A DNA stretch of 64,000 nucleotides, taken from Lama glama. Lineage: Eukaryota. Positions 34,124 to 46,369 of this stretch are shown in pieces (positions within the stretch are counted from its first letter, which is position 1; the number at the start of each line of letters is the position of its first letter). A program made the position numbers and the translations under genes. The notes under the pieces were generated by a model, which was not told the DNA's origin, did no database searches, and saw only the letters and a list, made by a program, of their open reading frames with translations. The DNA lies in NCBI GenBank assembly GCA_028534125.1, contig CM052824.1:45632001-45696000 (forward strand). Direction: 5' to 3'.

Positions 34124-37100
34124 AAAGTGATACTCTAGCTGCTGTGTGAAGAGTGGTCTGGAGGCGGACCTAGTCGGCACCCCATGTAGAGTAACTCAGG
34201 GAGCTATCCATCCTGGTTGGTGAGTGCCCACTAGTCACTTAGGATGGGTAGGAGGGAAGCAGGGAGCACCTGGACCTGAGCTTTAAGATCCTTTGAAGGC
34301 AGCTGGAGATGCTTCACCTTGCAGGGAGGCAACTGTTTACCAGTCCAGGGGCAAGAATTAACCTGGAGCACAGGGCAATATCAGCCAGTCTCCTCACTTC
34401 AGCCCTGTTGGAGGAGCCTCCAGCTGCTCTCTGCAGGCGCCAGGGCTGCCCAGGCCCATGGATGCAGGGTCACAATGTCATCTTGGGCATGCACGGTGGC
34501 CACACAGAGCTATGCATTGATCATGGCAAACACAGCCTGTGGACCAGAGCCAAGAGGAGCAGATGTGTGGCTCTGGTAACAAGATGAATGATGATTATTA
34601 GAAAGGGGAAAAGAAAAGAAATCAAAGAGGCCCTATTCACCCCAAGAAACAGAAAGAGATGGCAGAGACAGTGCTGGGAGAGCCTGGTACAGAGCTGCAC
34701 TCCAGCAGAGGGTCCTTCCTTCACGGATGGCTGAGTTTCAGGGAATGGGTCAGCAGAAAGGGCTGAGCCCTGGAGCCACACACACTAGCTGCCTCAGTTT
34801 CCTCATCTGTACAATGCCGACAGCCATGCCTCCGCCCTGCAGAACCATCCTGAGGGTTAGAGATCACACAGTGGACGCAGCAGCTGCTGCACGGCCAGTC
34901 TCAGTTGAGTCTGTGCGGAGGCAGATGGAGGCATGTCTTTAAAAAACCTCCCAACAGCCCTATGCAGAGGGTGCAACTTGTGTTGCTGTTTTCCAGATGA
35001 GGAAAATAAGGCTGAGAGGTAATATAAATCTCCCAAGGTTGATGGATGGGTGAACCAGGATTCGACTCAGGTTGGCTTCTTCAGAGGCTCTGCATTTCAC
35101 TGCTGTGCCATTTTGTTCCTATGCAATTTCTGGGAACTTGGCCAGGTTCAAAGGATCCAAGAGGGTTTCAGGGAGGTGCCCACAACCACAAGACCCCCAG
35201 CCATTTCCTTAGGGCCTGGCAGCACCTCCCACCTGGGGGCTGGAGCAGGTATTGCCAGTGTGAGAGGAGCTGGTGCCTTTTCTTGCGGGAGCCCCGCCCA
35301 TGATGCTCAGCCTCCACGAAACCTTCCTGGATTCCCTCGAGGAAGTGATGCTTCCTCCCTGCACCATTCTGGGTCTCACTGATGATCACCTGGCCAGAAT
35401 GACTCACAGGAGGTCCCTGTTGGTCTGTCTCTCTGACAGGCAGGAGCTCTGGAAGGCAGATACTCTGCCACATTCATCTTGGAACCATCTATGATGTTGG
35501 CTGCTGAGTAAAGTCTGAGTAAATATATACAGAATTAACCTGGAGACAGAGCTGCGAGAAGGAGGAAGGAGCCAGAGCAAGCATGAGGAGAGGCCAAACC
35601 AGCTGGCCCTCTCCCTATCTCCCCACCTGATTCACTCTCAGTATCCAGGGAAGAGGAGGGGGCCAGCTCACTCTCCTCTACAGACCAGGGACCTTTCTTT
35701 TCTTTAATCCAAAGGCCCCTTCCAGCATCCCCACAGCCCTCTCCTCAACTGAAAGGACACTTGCATGCATTTTACACAGAAAATAATGCAGGATTCCCAT
35801 TGGCAGACCTACCTGTGTTGACCGTCTAACTGAGATGGAGGGTCTCTGGGCAGATTTTTATTTCCTACAAAGGATGGACTGAGGAATTTATTTTTGAAGT
35901 CAGATAGATGTAGAATCAAATCCTACCTTGTTATTCCTAGCTGGGTGACCTTTGGTTACCTCTGGTTACCATGTAAGCCTCAACATCCTTATCTGTGAAA
36001 TGGGGATAGTGTCAGACAATGCACATCACTAGAGAAACTGCACTAGTGTGTACAGGGAGGGTTTTTTTTCCCTTTAAATGTAGATGGCCTGCAGGAAGTG
36101 CCTCTGGGTTGCTTTTCATTTGATTTTTTTTCTTTTTTAGAGGTAACAATGACAGTGGAAAAAGCATAGGCTTCTAGCCAACATGTCTGAGCTTTGGCTC
36201 TGCACGCTAGCTGTGTGGCTACAACCAAATTACTTAACCTCTCTGAGCCATGAGTCTGCATCTGTCAAAAGGGACTAATAACATCGCCTTTGAAGGTGCA
36301 GGCAGCTTGGATGAGGCACAGAGTCTGGCAGAAAGAGGGATCAGGAGGGAAAGATTCTGCGCATGGGTTGAACAGGGAGAGGCCCCTCACCCCAGTTGCC
36401 CATGTCCACCCATTCCTCATCCTTGGCGTGATAGCCCTGAGCATGCTTCCTGGGTGAGAACTGCCTCTGTTTTAGATCTGAGGGCCAAAGCAATTCACAA
36501 ATGCAGCAAACGTGCCACGGCCCAGAAGACAGCTCTCTCTGCTTCAGAGAAAACACACAGTTCAATTTCCTAAAAATCGAACCCCAGGAGCCTTTCAAGG
36601 CTTTCCCGGCGAGAGCAGTTCTCGGAACTCGGGAGGCGCCACCCTCACTAAACAATTAAAGCCGAGTATCTGTCATTCTCAGCAAAGGTTTGCAAGGATG
36701 CTGGAGAATATGAAAAAAAAAAATCTGATTTCAGTGGCACAGTTTTCAGAAATATATGGTAATCCATTTTTGTCAATCCATGGAAGGCACAGCTCAAATC
36801 ATTAAAAAGCCATCGTACTTAATCATGCATGGAGAAGGCTGGGCTATGCCTCTCAGATCATTTTCAAATGGTTTCAGGTTAACTTTCAAAAACTGACAGG
36901 CAAGCAGGGAGAGGATTATGACAGATGATAATCTGAGGAATTTCTGGTTCTGGTTCTTGGAGGGTGCAAGGGGTTTACTTGAGAGAAAGTCACCACCAAG
37001 GCCTTGGAGTGGTGGCACAGTGAGGACAATGTTGAGGGAAGTTCCAGGATGGATCAGCCATGACTTCTGCCCTCGGGGAGCCTGCAGTGGCTTTTTCAGA

Positions 37101-37189
37101 AAGACAGAAAATTCAGAGCAAACTATTAAGTAAGCGAATAATTATTATGAAATGTGACAGGTGCTAATAAAAGGTGAAGTTTACCCAGG

Positions 37190-37410
37190 GGTTAAGTCTC
37201 AGCTGTGAGCATACAGACCTGGGTTTGGAATTTGTCTTTGCCCCCCACTAACTGTGTGACCTCACACAAGTTTCTGAATCTCTCAGAGACTTGGGTTCCT
37301 CATCTATAAAATGGAATGCTCATAGGCTTGGGAGGTTATGAATGAGTTCATTCCTTAAAGCCTTTCACATAGTGCCTGGTATACACTGAGCTCTCAGTCA
37401 ATGCTTGCTA
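37190..37410 (+). mobile_element. MIR SINE
   Basis: CTGTGTGACCTC...TTCCTCATCTATAAAATGG...AGTGCCTGGTATAC. Confidence 0.75.
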
Positions 37411-37929
37411 AGCAGCAAACTCTGCTGAAGGAAGCCTCACAGATGACCTCTGATTTGGATCAGGAAGGACAAGGAGGAGTCTACAGGGTGGAGAGTTGGA
37501 GGAAGGACATTCCAGGCAGAATATGGCACGTGCAAAGTCCTGGAGGTGAGAGGTTGGTCAGGAAGGAGCACAGGGTATGTGGGGAGGAGAACAGAGGAGG
37601 CACACTGCAAGCTAAGTTGGGGGTTCTCCTGTGAAGGTCAGTGAATGCCAGGCTGAGGAGCCTGGACTTTACTGAGAGGGCCATGGGGAACCATGGAGGT
37701 ATGTTAGCCGGGCCAGGCCTGTGAGCATCTGTGTGGATTAGAAGTTAACTAAGGGGCAGTGGAGTGGTGGTGGAGAAGACTAGGACAGTTTGTGTGATCC
37801 AGGCTCTTCAAAGGGTCAGGAACATCCTGTGTCTTCTTCTGGGTCTCAGTCCATGTTGGCCACTTGACTCCTAAGTGACTACCTCCCATCAAACTCTGAT
37901 CCAGGGTCCCCAGTCTTTGTTTAAGGAAA

Positions 37930-38348
37930 ACACTCTCTACTATGCCCAGCAAAGGTCATGCTCCCCTTTCTTAGGGTAGAGCCACTGTGGGGAAACTACT
38001 GCCCAGTCAGTTGTGGGAACTGCATTTCTCACCCCCTTGCATTTAGGTGGGGCCTGTTGACCAAGTTCTAGCCAGGGGAATGTGGGCATGTTACGTACAC
38101 CACATTGAGGCCCGGCTCATGAAACCCCTCCATGGGATCCTCCAAGGCTGAGGCAACCTTGGGAGTCACAATCTGAAGAGGATGGAGCCTCCATCACCCT
38201 GGGTCCCTGAGTGACCATGACCAGCAGAGCTTCCTCCCACTTCCATCAATTTGACTTTACGTGAGCAAGAAACAAATGTCTATTCTCAATCCACTGAGAT
38301 CTCTGGGTTTATCTGTTACAGCAGCTAGGATTGCCTTAAATAAATACA
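37930..38348 (+). mobile_element. MaLR LTR (MLT1J-like)
   Basis: TTGCATTTAGGTGGGGCC...CCTGGGTCCCTGAGTGAC...GTGAGCAAGAAACAAA...TGTTACAGCAGCTAG. Confidence 0.75.
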
Positions 38349-40959
38349 CCCATTACACAGAATGACCTTGGGCATGTTATTTTGCCTTTCTGAGTCTCAG
38401 TTTCTCTAATGCAGATTGTTGTGAAGGGCTAGTAAGACGACAAATATGAGTGATGCTTTGTAAGCAGGGAAGTGCTACAGAGATGCCATTCATTGCTGGC
38501 GTTATGGCTTCAGCCTTTCAGAGAGCCTGAAGGAGAGAAGACCTTGTAAAGTCCCTGCTGAGGCAGGGGGAGTGCGGCCAAGGGCTTGGAGAAGCTCCAG
38601 GCAAGGGGTCAAGATATACCAGCAGATCCTGACCCAGGATGGAGACCCTCACTCCAGGCTTTAGTTCTTCCTTTTGGCAGAAATGTTCCCCACACAGCTG
38701 ACGCCCCTAGGGGTAGGGGCTGGGGCCTGGCTTCAGTCTCCTGGTGGCTCCTCCTGGGAAGGAGTTGGCCCAGCCTCCCTGATAACTTGTTCCAACCTCT
38801 CACAATTCATTAACAGGAAATTGCATGCCCTGCCAGGAAGATGCACGTCTGGTTTTTCAGACATGTCAGGTAGACACTGTTATCAAAAACTTGTCATGTC
38901 TCTGCACAGCCCACACCCTCCTGCTCTGGGGGCCTCCAGCCAGGCTCTGTGCTCAGACACACTTGCTGTTTTTGGAGATTTGAAAGCCTTGTGTGGTTGA
39001 GCGTTCTGCCAGCCAGTCAGCATGGAGCAGTGACTCAGGATGAGGAATCGCACTGGTGGCCAAGGCTCACCCTGCACCCAACTCCTAACCAATCCTGCAC
39101 TCCCAGCCCAGGAATGATGCTGAGACCCTAAAGGAAGACAGGAGGAAGGCCTGAGCAGTATGTGATGTCCTGAGCTGGATCTGGCCAATGACAACTTTAA
39201 GAGTACCCCTTTCACTGAGGGGTTTCCTCTCCCATAGCTTGAAGTAGGGATGGAGGATGTCCCAGCCCCCTGCCTCTGGAGCCTGGAGTCAGGAGCAGGG
39301 CCTCCTCATCCTGTACACATGGCCCTGCAGCCTCGTTCTCAGGCAGGCTGGTGTAGACACTGGCTTTCTCCACTTCCCACTCTCTCACTGCTGCCCACTG
39401 CCCACTTGCCAGCTTTAGGGGTGTGTAATGAGCTCTCAAATCACCTGACAGAATAAAAACCATCAGCACCCTGAACAAGGCTCTGTGGAGAGAGAGAAGA
39501 CACAACAACAAGGAGGAGAAAAAGCAATGATTTCCATGGTCTTTTCACACAGTAATGAACCTGTTTGATCCTTACCCTCACCCCAAGGAGTGCCAATACC
39601 CTCATTCCACTGAGGTTTCTGGAGATTAAATGATTGGTCATCAAGGTCACTCAGCTAGTGCACTAGGCAGTAATATGAGCTGCATCCTATAAACATCCCA
39701 TAATAATTGTTTAGAAGGCCCTACATACCAAGCATTAAACCAAGCATTTTGTCAACTCTTCAGCAGAGGCTATATTATCTACATTTCCAGGTAACATAAT
39801 GGAGGCTCAGAGAGGTTAAGCAACTTGTCCAAGGTCACACAGCAAGTAAGCAATAACCATAGCCTTAATGTCTACAGTGTTGGTGATTGCTCTCCCTACA
39901 CCAGTTGCCTCACTGGCAAGAAAGTTGCCACCTGAGCAGGGAAAGAGGTTACCAGATCCTATCAAGCAAAAGAGCAGCATATAAAATTGCACACATTTTG
40001 GTCATCACTTCATTAAAAACTTGAGTGTGCATGGATCAGATGGGGTGGGACCTGGTAGACAGCTGGGTGTGGATATCAGAGTGAGGTGGGGCCTGCAACT
40101 TCTGTTAGTTCATGGTCTCACTTAGCTGGATTCTTCTTTGTAAGGATGGCTGAGGGTTAAGGTGAATAGGAGCCAGGTGGGCAAAGCTGTGGTGGCTCCT
40201 CTTTCCTTGGCCCTGGCAGCAGGGGGGTCCTCTCTCCCTCTCCCAGGTGCAGGAGCCACCTGGTCAGGTAACCACTCGATCCCACTGCATTCCAGACAGC
40301 CTTCAGTCTCAGGCAGAGATCCAAGCAAACCAGTGACCAATGCTCTGAGTATGTACAGTTTTTGAAATAGTGAAGGCTTGCGAGAGAGGGGCTGAAGCAG
40401 CAGCTACAGCCCAAGCAGTGGTAGCGATGCCCCCATGTCTGCAGTCCCCCCATCATAGACGCCAAGGCCTAGGAGCTGGTCTCCAATTACTCTTCAAAAG
40501 GCCCTTTGCGATGTAGCCCCTGCCCACCTGGGCAGCTCATTAGCCACCCTTCCTTTCATGCTATAGCCACACTCAATTCAGCACATTGTCCCACCAAACC
40601 TTTGCCTAGGCTGTACCTTCTGCCCAGAATGTCCTCCCTTCCCCACCCACCTCTTCTTCAGCTCCAGAGGACACGTCTGTTGTTCCTAATGGCCATGAAT
40701 CCAGCCTCCAGCTTTCAGGTTGTTCAGTCTCCCTCAAGTCATAGATCTTAAACTTCTGTCAAACACTTTAGGAGAATCCTCCTAGAACTCTTTCTAAGAG
40801 GCAAAGTGGGGTGGAGAATGAGGATCAGGAGGGAGAGAGGGGTACTGGAAGGTAAGGTGGGATGGTCCAAGGACACACTGCATACCTGTGCTCTGGGAGG
40901 CGGAAGGATGGCCTAGGAGGCCCTGGGCAGCCTCACTCTAACCTGCCTCTACAACGGCT

Positions 40960-41275
40960 CCGATGCTCTCACACCACCACACCCTTGCACGTGCTGTGCT
41001 CTCCACCTAGAATGTGATTCTGCTCTTCTCTGCCCAAGGAGCTCCGGTTCATCCTTCAAGGTCCAGCTGGATGTCACCTGCTCTGTGAAGGTCCAGAGTC
41101 TGCGGCTCATTCCTTTGTATTTCCAGCACTTTGTGTCTCACAGTCGCACATGAGTCTTTTCCTTTAGGAGGAGGACTCTTCGGGGTCAAGGGACATGGCC
41201 AATTTACCTTTGCATCTCTGGCATCAGCCTAGAACTGTCTTGGAAATGCCTCATGGATGAATGAATGAATGAGCC
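40960..41275 (+). mobile_element. L2 LINE 3' fragment
   Basis: TCATCCTTCAAGGTCCAGCT...TGTCACCTGCTCTGTGAAG, ending in a (TGAA)n tail. Confidence 0.65.
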
Positions 41276-41844
41276 TCTTTCTCTAAGATCCCAAGATGCC
41301 AAATTCCTTACTTCCTGCCGGGCCTTCCTCTCCAGTCACGAGAGAAGCAAATTGTGCCCTTTGTCTTCACAGCACACTGGTATTGACCAGAGTTGGGTTT
41401 TAATGGTGCTCTGACAAAAGGCAGAGCCCACATTCATTTTCCTTGGCTAATTACATTTCCCAATTGAAATGCTTATCTCTGGGCTGGTGTTAAAGACATA
41501 ATCTGTTTCCAGAATGGATTCAAAAGAGGTGAGAAGCAAGAAAATAATTAAGCTAACTTCTGATTGAATCATATAATTAAGCAGATTAAATCGGTTGCCT
41601 GTGATCTACAGCACAGCCCAAGCCTGGGGAGTGCATTTCTCTATCGGAGAGATCATTTCTGATCGTTTTAGAGGTGGAGAGCATTTCTTCTAAGTAGTAA
41701 GTGAAGAAATGTCTCTTTCAACTGAATACAAATCAGGATGGCAGGACCCTAGCTTTCTGGTTTAGGCAAAGTATTCTGGGTTTAGTAGAAGAAAGCTCAA
41801 TGCGGGGTGCTCTGTTTCAGAGCCATACCTGGACACGCATGGCA

Positions 41845-42304
41845 CTGAGGTTGCATTGACGGCCCTAGCTCCTCACCCCTCCCTGTGTCCATGCCTTCTG
41901 CCCCACTGAGGAGGGTTTCCTGCCCTGTCCTCTTACTCTAGGCATAGCTACGTGGCTAACTTAGGCTATGATAGCAAATCTAATTAAGCAGAGGCTTGAA
42001 GAAACACATGTTTCCACTTGCCTTCTTGCCCCTTTGCCATCACCATGAGAACATCCTGGGACTAGACTGCTAACAGTGAGAGACATGTGGAGCAGAGCCG
42101 AGTTGACCAGCTGTCGCAGCAAGGGTCTTCTAGGTCAGCCCGTAGTCAGCATCCCCCATTCAAGATCAGCAGAGTCACTTAGCTGACCCAGCCTGGAGCT
42201 GCTAAACCCTAGACTCCCAGGCTAAATAAAAACTTAAGTGTTACATGCCAGTGAGGTTTGTATGTGTGTTATGCAACATCATTGCGGTGATAGATAGCTA
42301 ATAA
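41845..42304 (+). mobile_element. MaLR LTR (MLT1H/I-like)
   Basis: CCCTCCCTGTGTCCATGCC...CACCATGAGAACAT...AATAAA...TGTTATGCAACATCATTGCGGTGATAGATAGCTAATA. Confidence 0.72.
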
Positions 42305-42559
42305 GGTTTCCCTCAGCCTGGGTTGACCTATTCTCCAGTCCTGGCCTCTAGAAGGTATCCTCTACCATCAGGTATCACTCATAACCCTGGTATTTAAACT
42401 GTAAACATTTACACAAAAACTCATCTGATCCTCAAAAAGGCTCCTGAGCAGTTGTCAGAACAGGGATAATTTGCCTTATTTTATAGATGACAATGTTAAG
42501 GCTTGGGGAATTAAGCAATTGGAAGAGCAAGAGATTATGGTTAAGGACAGTGTGTTAGG

Positions 42560-43610
42560 TGAATGTATTAGCCTTTATTTCTAACCTCCCAGAAACTCCA
42601 CTAAACAACAGTATGAGATTTTTTTTTTAAAGGCATCAATTCACAAGGACAAAACAAACAGAGAAGGCAACAGCAACAAAGTCTTGGCCTCTGTTAAGAA
42701 GAGAGACGTGTAGCACTGACTTAGCAAAGCCAGGAAAACAGAATCTTAAGCCATGATGCTAAAAACATGTGCATTTGGGTCTACACCAGAGAACCGCATA
42801 GGGTCTGGAACCGGTGCAACACCAGGCATCTCTGGAAGGATTCATTGAAAGTTAGCTTAAATTTAGGCAGTAAGACCCCCAAGATCTCCTATATCTATCC
42901 AGCCAAGAAAATGTCTCCCTGTCATCCAAGCAGAAAACTAGGGTTGAATCTTGGGAGAGGTTAAGACAGAGGGCCTCTGGACTATGGGAGACCCAGCAGA
43001 GGCGGGGAACCATCCAGAGAGCATGGGGATTATGGAGACATTTTTAGACTGTCCTGCTTTGCCCCCTGCCCTTCTGCTCACCTGGCTCTTAGCAAGCAGG
43101 AAGCCAGGAGTCCACTCTCAGATAGGAGAATGGAAACATCTTCTGTGCAGAATCTGACCAGCCCTAGAAAGCAAAATCCTATATTGAGAGTTCCCTGTCG
43201 CACCACCCTACAGTGAGGCATCAGCTAACAGAGTCCACTCACCACACCAGAGCCACAGTCATCTTTTCTGCTTTGCCCCCCTGCCATTTAACAAACATAC
43301 AGCCAAGGATCCCCAAACATTTGGGGGGAAACTCACAAGTGAGATAGACATACATACACACAAACAGGAAAAGTATATTTAGGGGACACAGGCTCTGGAG
43401 GAAGAAGGAGCTACAAAAGAATAATATCCTCAGAGAGATGAAAGAAAATGTGGCATCCGTGAGATAAGAATGGGATGCTCAAAAAGAAAGATTCACAAAA
43501 TGAAACAGAACTCTTGGAAATTAATACACAGTCTGACAGAAGAAATGAAAAATCCTACAGAAGAGTTGGATGATAAACCGGAGGAAACTTCCCAGAGTAG
43601 AACCAGAGAG
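42560..43610 (+). mobile_element. HAL1-like (half-L1) 5' region and ORF1 remnant
   Basis: TAATATCCTCAGAGAGATGAAAGAAAATGTGGCATCC...CTCTTGGAAATTAA...GAGTTGGATGATAAACCGGAGGAAACTTCCCAG resembles HAL1/L1 ORF1 coiled-coil coding sequence. Boundaries approximate. Confidence 0.65.
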
Positions 43611-43648
43611 GTGTGTGTGTGTGTATGTGTGTGTGTGTGTGTGTGTGT
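43611..43648. repeat. (TG)n microsatellite
   Basis: About 19 TG units with one interruption. Confidence 0.97.
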
Positions 43649-43649
43649 C

Positions 43650-44400
43650 AGTAAAGCTACAATGAGATATCAATACATATCCACTAGAGTAGCTAACATT
43701 CTTTTTTAAAAGATGGATTATACCAAGTGTTGGTGAGTATGTGAAGCAACTGGAACTCTCAGACACAGCTGGGGGGGATGGAAAATGGCCCATCCACTTT
43801 GAACAAGACAGTTCAAAGGCAGTTTCTTACATATTTAACCATATACTTCACATGTGTCCTAACAATGCCACTCCTGGGTATATACACAAGAGAGATGAAA
43901 ACATACATCCACACAAAAACTTGTATATGATATGCAAAGCAACATTATTTGTAACAGCTCCAAACTGGAAACAACCCAAATATCCATCAGCTGGTGAATG
44001 GAAAAAACAACTGTGGAATAGTCATACAATGGAATTAAAAGGAGCAAACTACTGATACATACAACAATGTGGATGAACTTTAAAAACATCATGTTAAGTG
44101 AAAGAACCCGACACAAGAGTAAATACTGTATGATTCTATTTATAAGAGACTCTAGAAGGTTCAAACTAATCTAGGGTGACAGGAAGCAGATCAGTGATTG
44201 CCTGGGCCAGAAGCTGAGAAAGGACAAACTGCAAAGGGGCATGAGGAAACTTTCAGAGGTAAAAATGTTCTATACATTGATTTTGGTGGTGGTTAAAAGC
44301 ATCTGTCAAAAATGCATTGCACTGTATACTTAAAAATGGGTGTATTTTATTGTATGAAATTATACATCAGTATAGTTGATTTGAAAGTGGAAAAAAAAAG
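43650..44400 (+). mobile_element. Ancient L1M (MC/MD-like) 3' end
   Basis: ACAATGAGATATCAATAC...AGCAACTGGAACTCTC...CCAAACTGGAAACAACCCAAATATCCATCA, 3' UTR and A tail. Confidence 0.88.
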
Positions 44401-44549
44401 AAGACAGAGCAATTGATTCAATTGGGGTTAAAACCAAGTAAATTCCATGGAGGAGGCAGTGTGTAAGCTTGGTTTGTAAAATGACTTTGAGAGACATATC
44501 CAAGAAAGGGCAGGGACCTGTCAAGCAGTATGTCAAGTAAGTATGACCA

Positions 44550-45025
44550 AGACTGCTAGTTGCTCTCTAATATCCATTCTCCCTTGATGTCTGTAGAAAC
44601 AGAAGCTACAATTTTATCCGAGCACATGGCCATGAGAATAAAGACTACATCTCCCAGCCTCCCTTGCAACTAGGTGTAGGCATGTGCACAAATTCCAGCC
44701 AAGGGGATGTAAGTAGAAGTGGAGTGTGCATCTTCCAAAGAGTATGTTTAAAGGGAAGGGGTGTTCCTTCTCTTCCCCCTTTTTTTCCTTCCTGCTGGCT
44801 GAAATGTGGACATGACGACTGGAGCCAGAGCAGCCATCTTGGACCACAAGGTAGAAGCCACTACTGAGGATGAATGGTGGAGTCTGAGTCCCTAAAAAAG
44901 TGGAGTTATCATATTCCTAGACTGACCACCTGGATTTGTAAATGACAGACAAATAAACTTCTCTTTTGTTTAAGCTACTGCTATTTTGAGTTTTCTGTTA
45001 GTTCCATTAGAATCCAATCCCAAGG
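44550..45025 (+). mobile_element. MaLR LTR (MLT1J-like)
   Basis: GACTACATCTCCCAGCCTCCCTTGCAACTAGG...GCAGCCATCTTGGACCAC...AATAAACTTCTC...TTTAAGCTACTG. Confidence 0.8.
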
Positions 45026-45237
45026 AATAAAATGAGGAAAGGCAAAGAGAGGTGAAGTGAACATGTCTCCAGTGCCATAGACTCCTGAACACCACCATCA
45101 TGGTTTGACTGTACTGCTTGAGGGCAGAGCCCAGCTGTTCCTCATTTTTCTGTTTCCAGGGCTTGGCATTCAGCAGGGGCTCAGGAAAAACATCAAGTTG
45201 GCTGGAAAACCACAGCATGGCTCAAGCCCCATCATGA

Positions 45238-45494
45238 TGTTAGGGACTGAATGCTTGTGTGTCCCCGAAACTCATATGTCAAAAACCTAACCCCCAGGGT
45301 AATGGTTATTTGGAGATGAGGCCTTTAGGAAGTAATTAGGGATAGATGAGTTTGTGAGGGTGGGGCCTCTGATGGGATTAGTATCCTTGTAAGAAGATAG
45401 CTTGTGTATTCTCCTCCCCTCCCCTGTCTGCCCCCCTGCCCCCACAAATACACAAAGAAGTAATATGAGATGTGAGCATATGGCAAGATGGAAG
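45238..45494 (+). mobile_element. MaLR LTR (MLT1A-like), 3' part lost in an assembly gap
   Basis: TGTTAGGGACTGAATGCTTGTGTGTCCCC...GGGTGGGGCCTCTGATGGGATTAGTATCCTTGTAAGAAGA. Confidence 0.82.
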
Positions 45495-45645
45495 NNNNNN
45501 NNNNNNNNNNNNNNNNNNNNNNNNNNNNNNNNNNNNNNNNNNNNNNNNNNNNNNNNNNNNNNNNNNNNNNNNNNNNNNNNNNNNNNNNNNNNNNNNNNNN
45601 NNNNNNNNNNNNNNNNNNNNNNNNNNNNNNNNNNNNNNNNNNNNN
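45495..45645. other. Assembly gap (151 N)
   Basis: Run of N. Confidence 1.
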
Positions 45646-45779
45646 CTAACACACACAAGGCAGACTATGTGTTTGTTCTCTGAGGGCAGGGCCTGAGCCC
45701 TCCTGTTCACCCCCGTAACCCTCATCCCTCACTCCAGAAGGCTCCAGAGGATTTGCTGAAGGAAAGAATGAAAGGCTGA

Positions 45780-46369
45780 TGTAGCAGAGATCTGAGGTTT
45801 CACATCTGCCCATCCTTTCAGCTAACAGGTCCCCAAATTGCTTTCTGGGTACTTCCTCTCCTCCCTCACTCCTAGTCTATGTCCTTCTTAGGGTAGGACT
45901 GTCTAGACCCTCAGCAATGGGAATGAGGGATCTAGACCTAAGCCCATCCGTACCTTTCATCCCTCTGGACATAAGGATATGTTAGGGACAGACGGAACCA
46001 CAGGCCCAATTAAAGCTTATCAGAGCTAATCTTAGGACTTCAGCGGAATAATCAAGAAAGTAGCACTAGCTCTTTTATACTACACACAAATTGAGTGGAT
46101 GGAAGATAATGTAGCTGTAACAAAATTGCTATAATCAAGGAACAGCCAATCTGAGAATGAAGTTAACTGAGAGAAAGTAGAGCAAAGAGACGGAGAAGGA
46201 GGAATGCACTTCACACATAATGCACTTCAGCTTGGTGACTTCATTTGATGCCTGGATCCAGCTGTGCCTGAAGTCTAATCCTAGTGATTTCAATAAGTGA
46301 TCTAGTAAATTCCTTTGGGGCTTAAACCAAATGGGTCTTTGTGCAACCTACAGAGTGCACACTAACACA
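45780..46369 (+). mobile_element. MaLR LTR (MLT1K-like)
   Basis: GAGAATGAAGTTAACTGAGAGAAAGTAGAGC...CCTGGATCCAGCTGTGCCTGAAG...CTAACACA. Confidence 0.7.

Noticed and set aside
43741-44055. ORF resembling the L1 ORF2 C-terminus (also 58912-59373)
   Set aside because: Degenerate fragments of ancient L1 with no endonuclease or reverse-transcriptase domain; not an active element.
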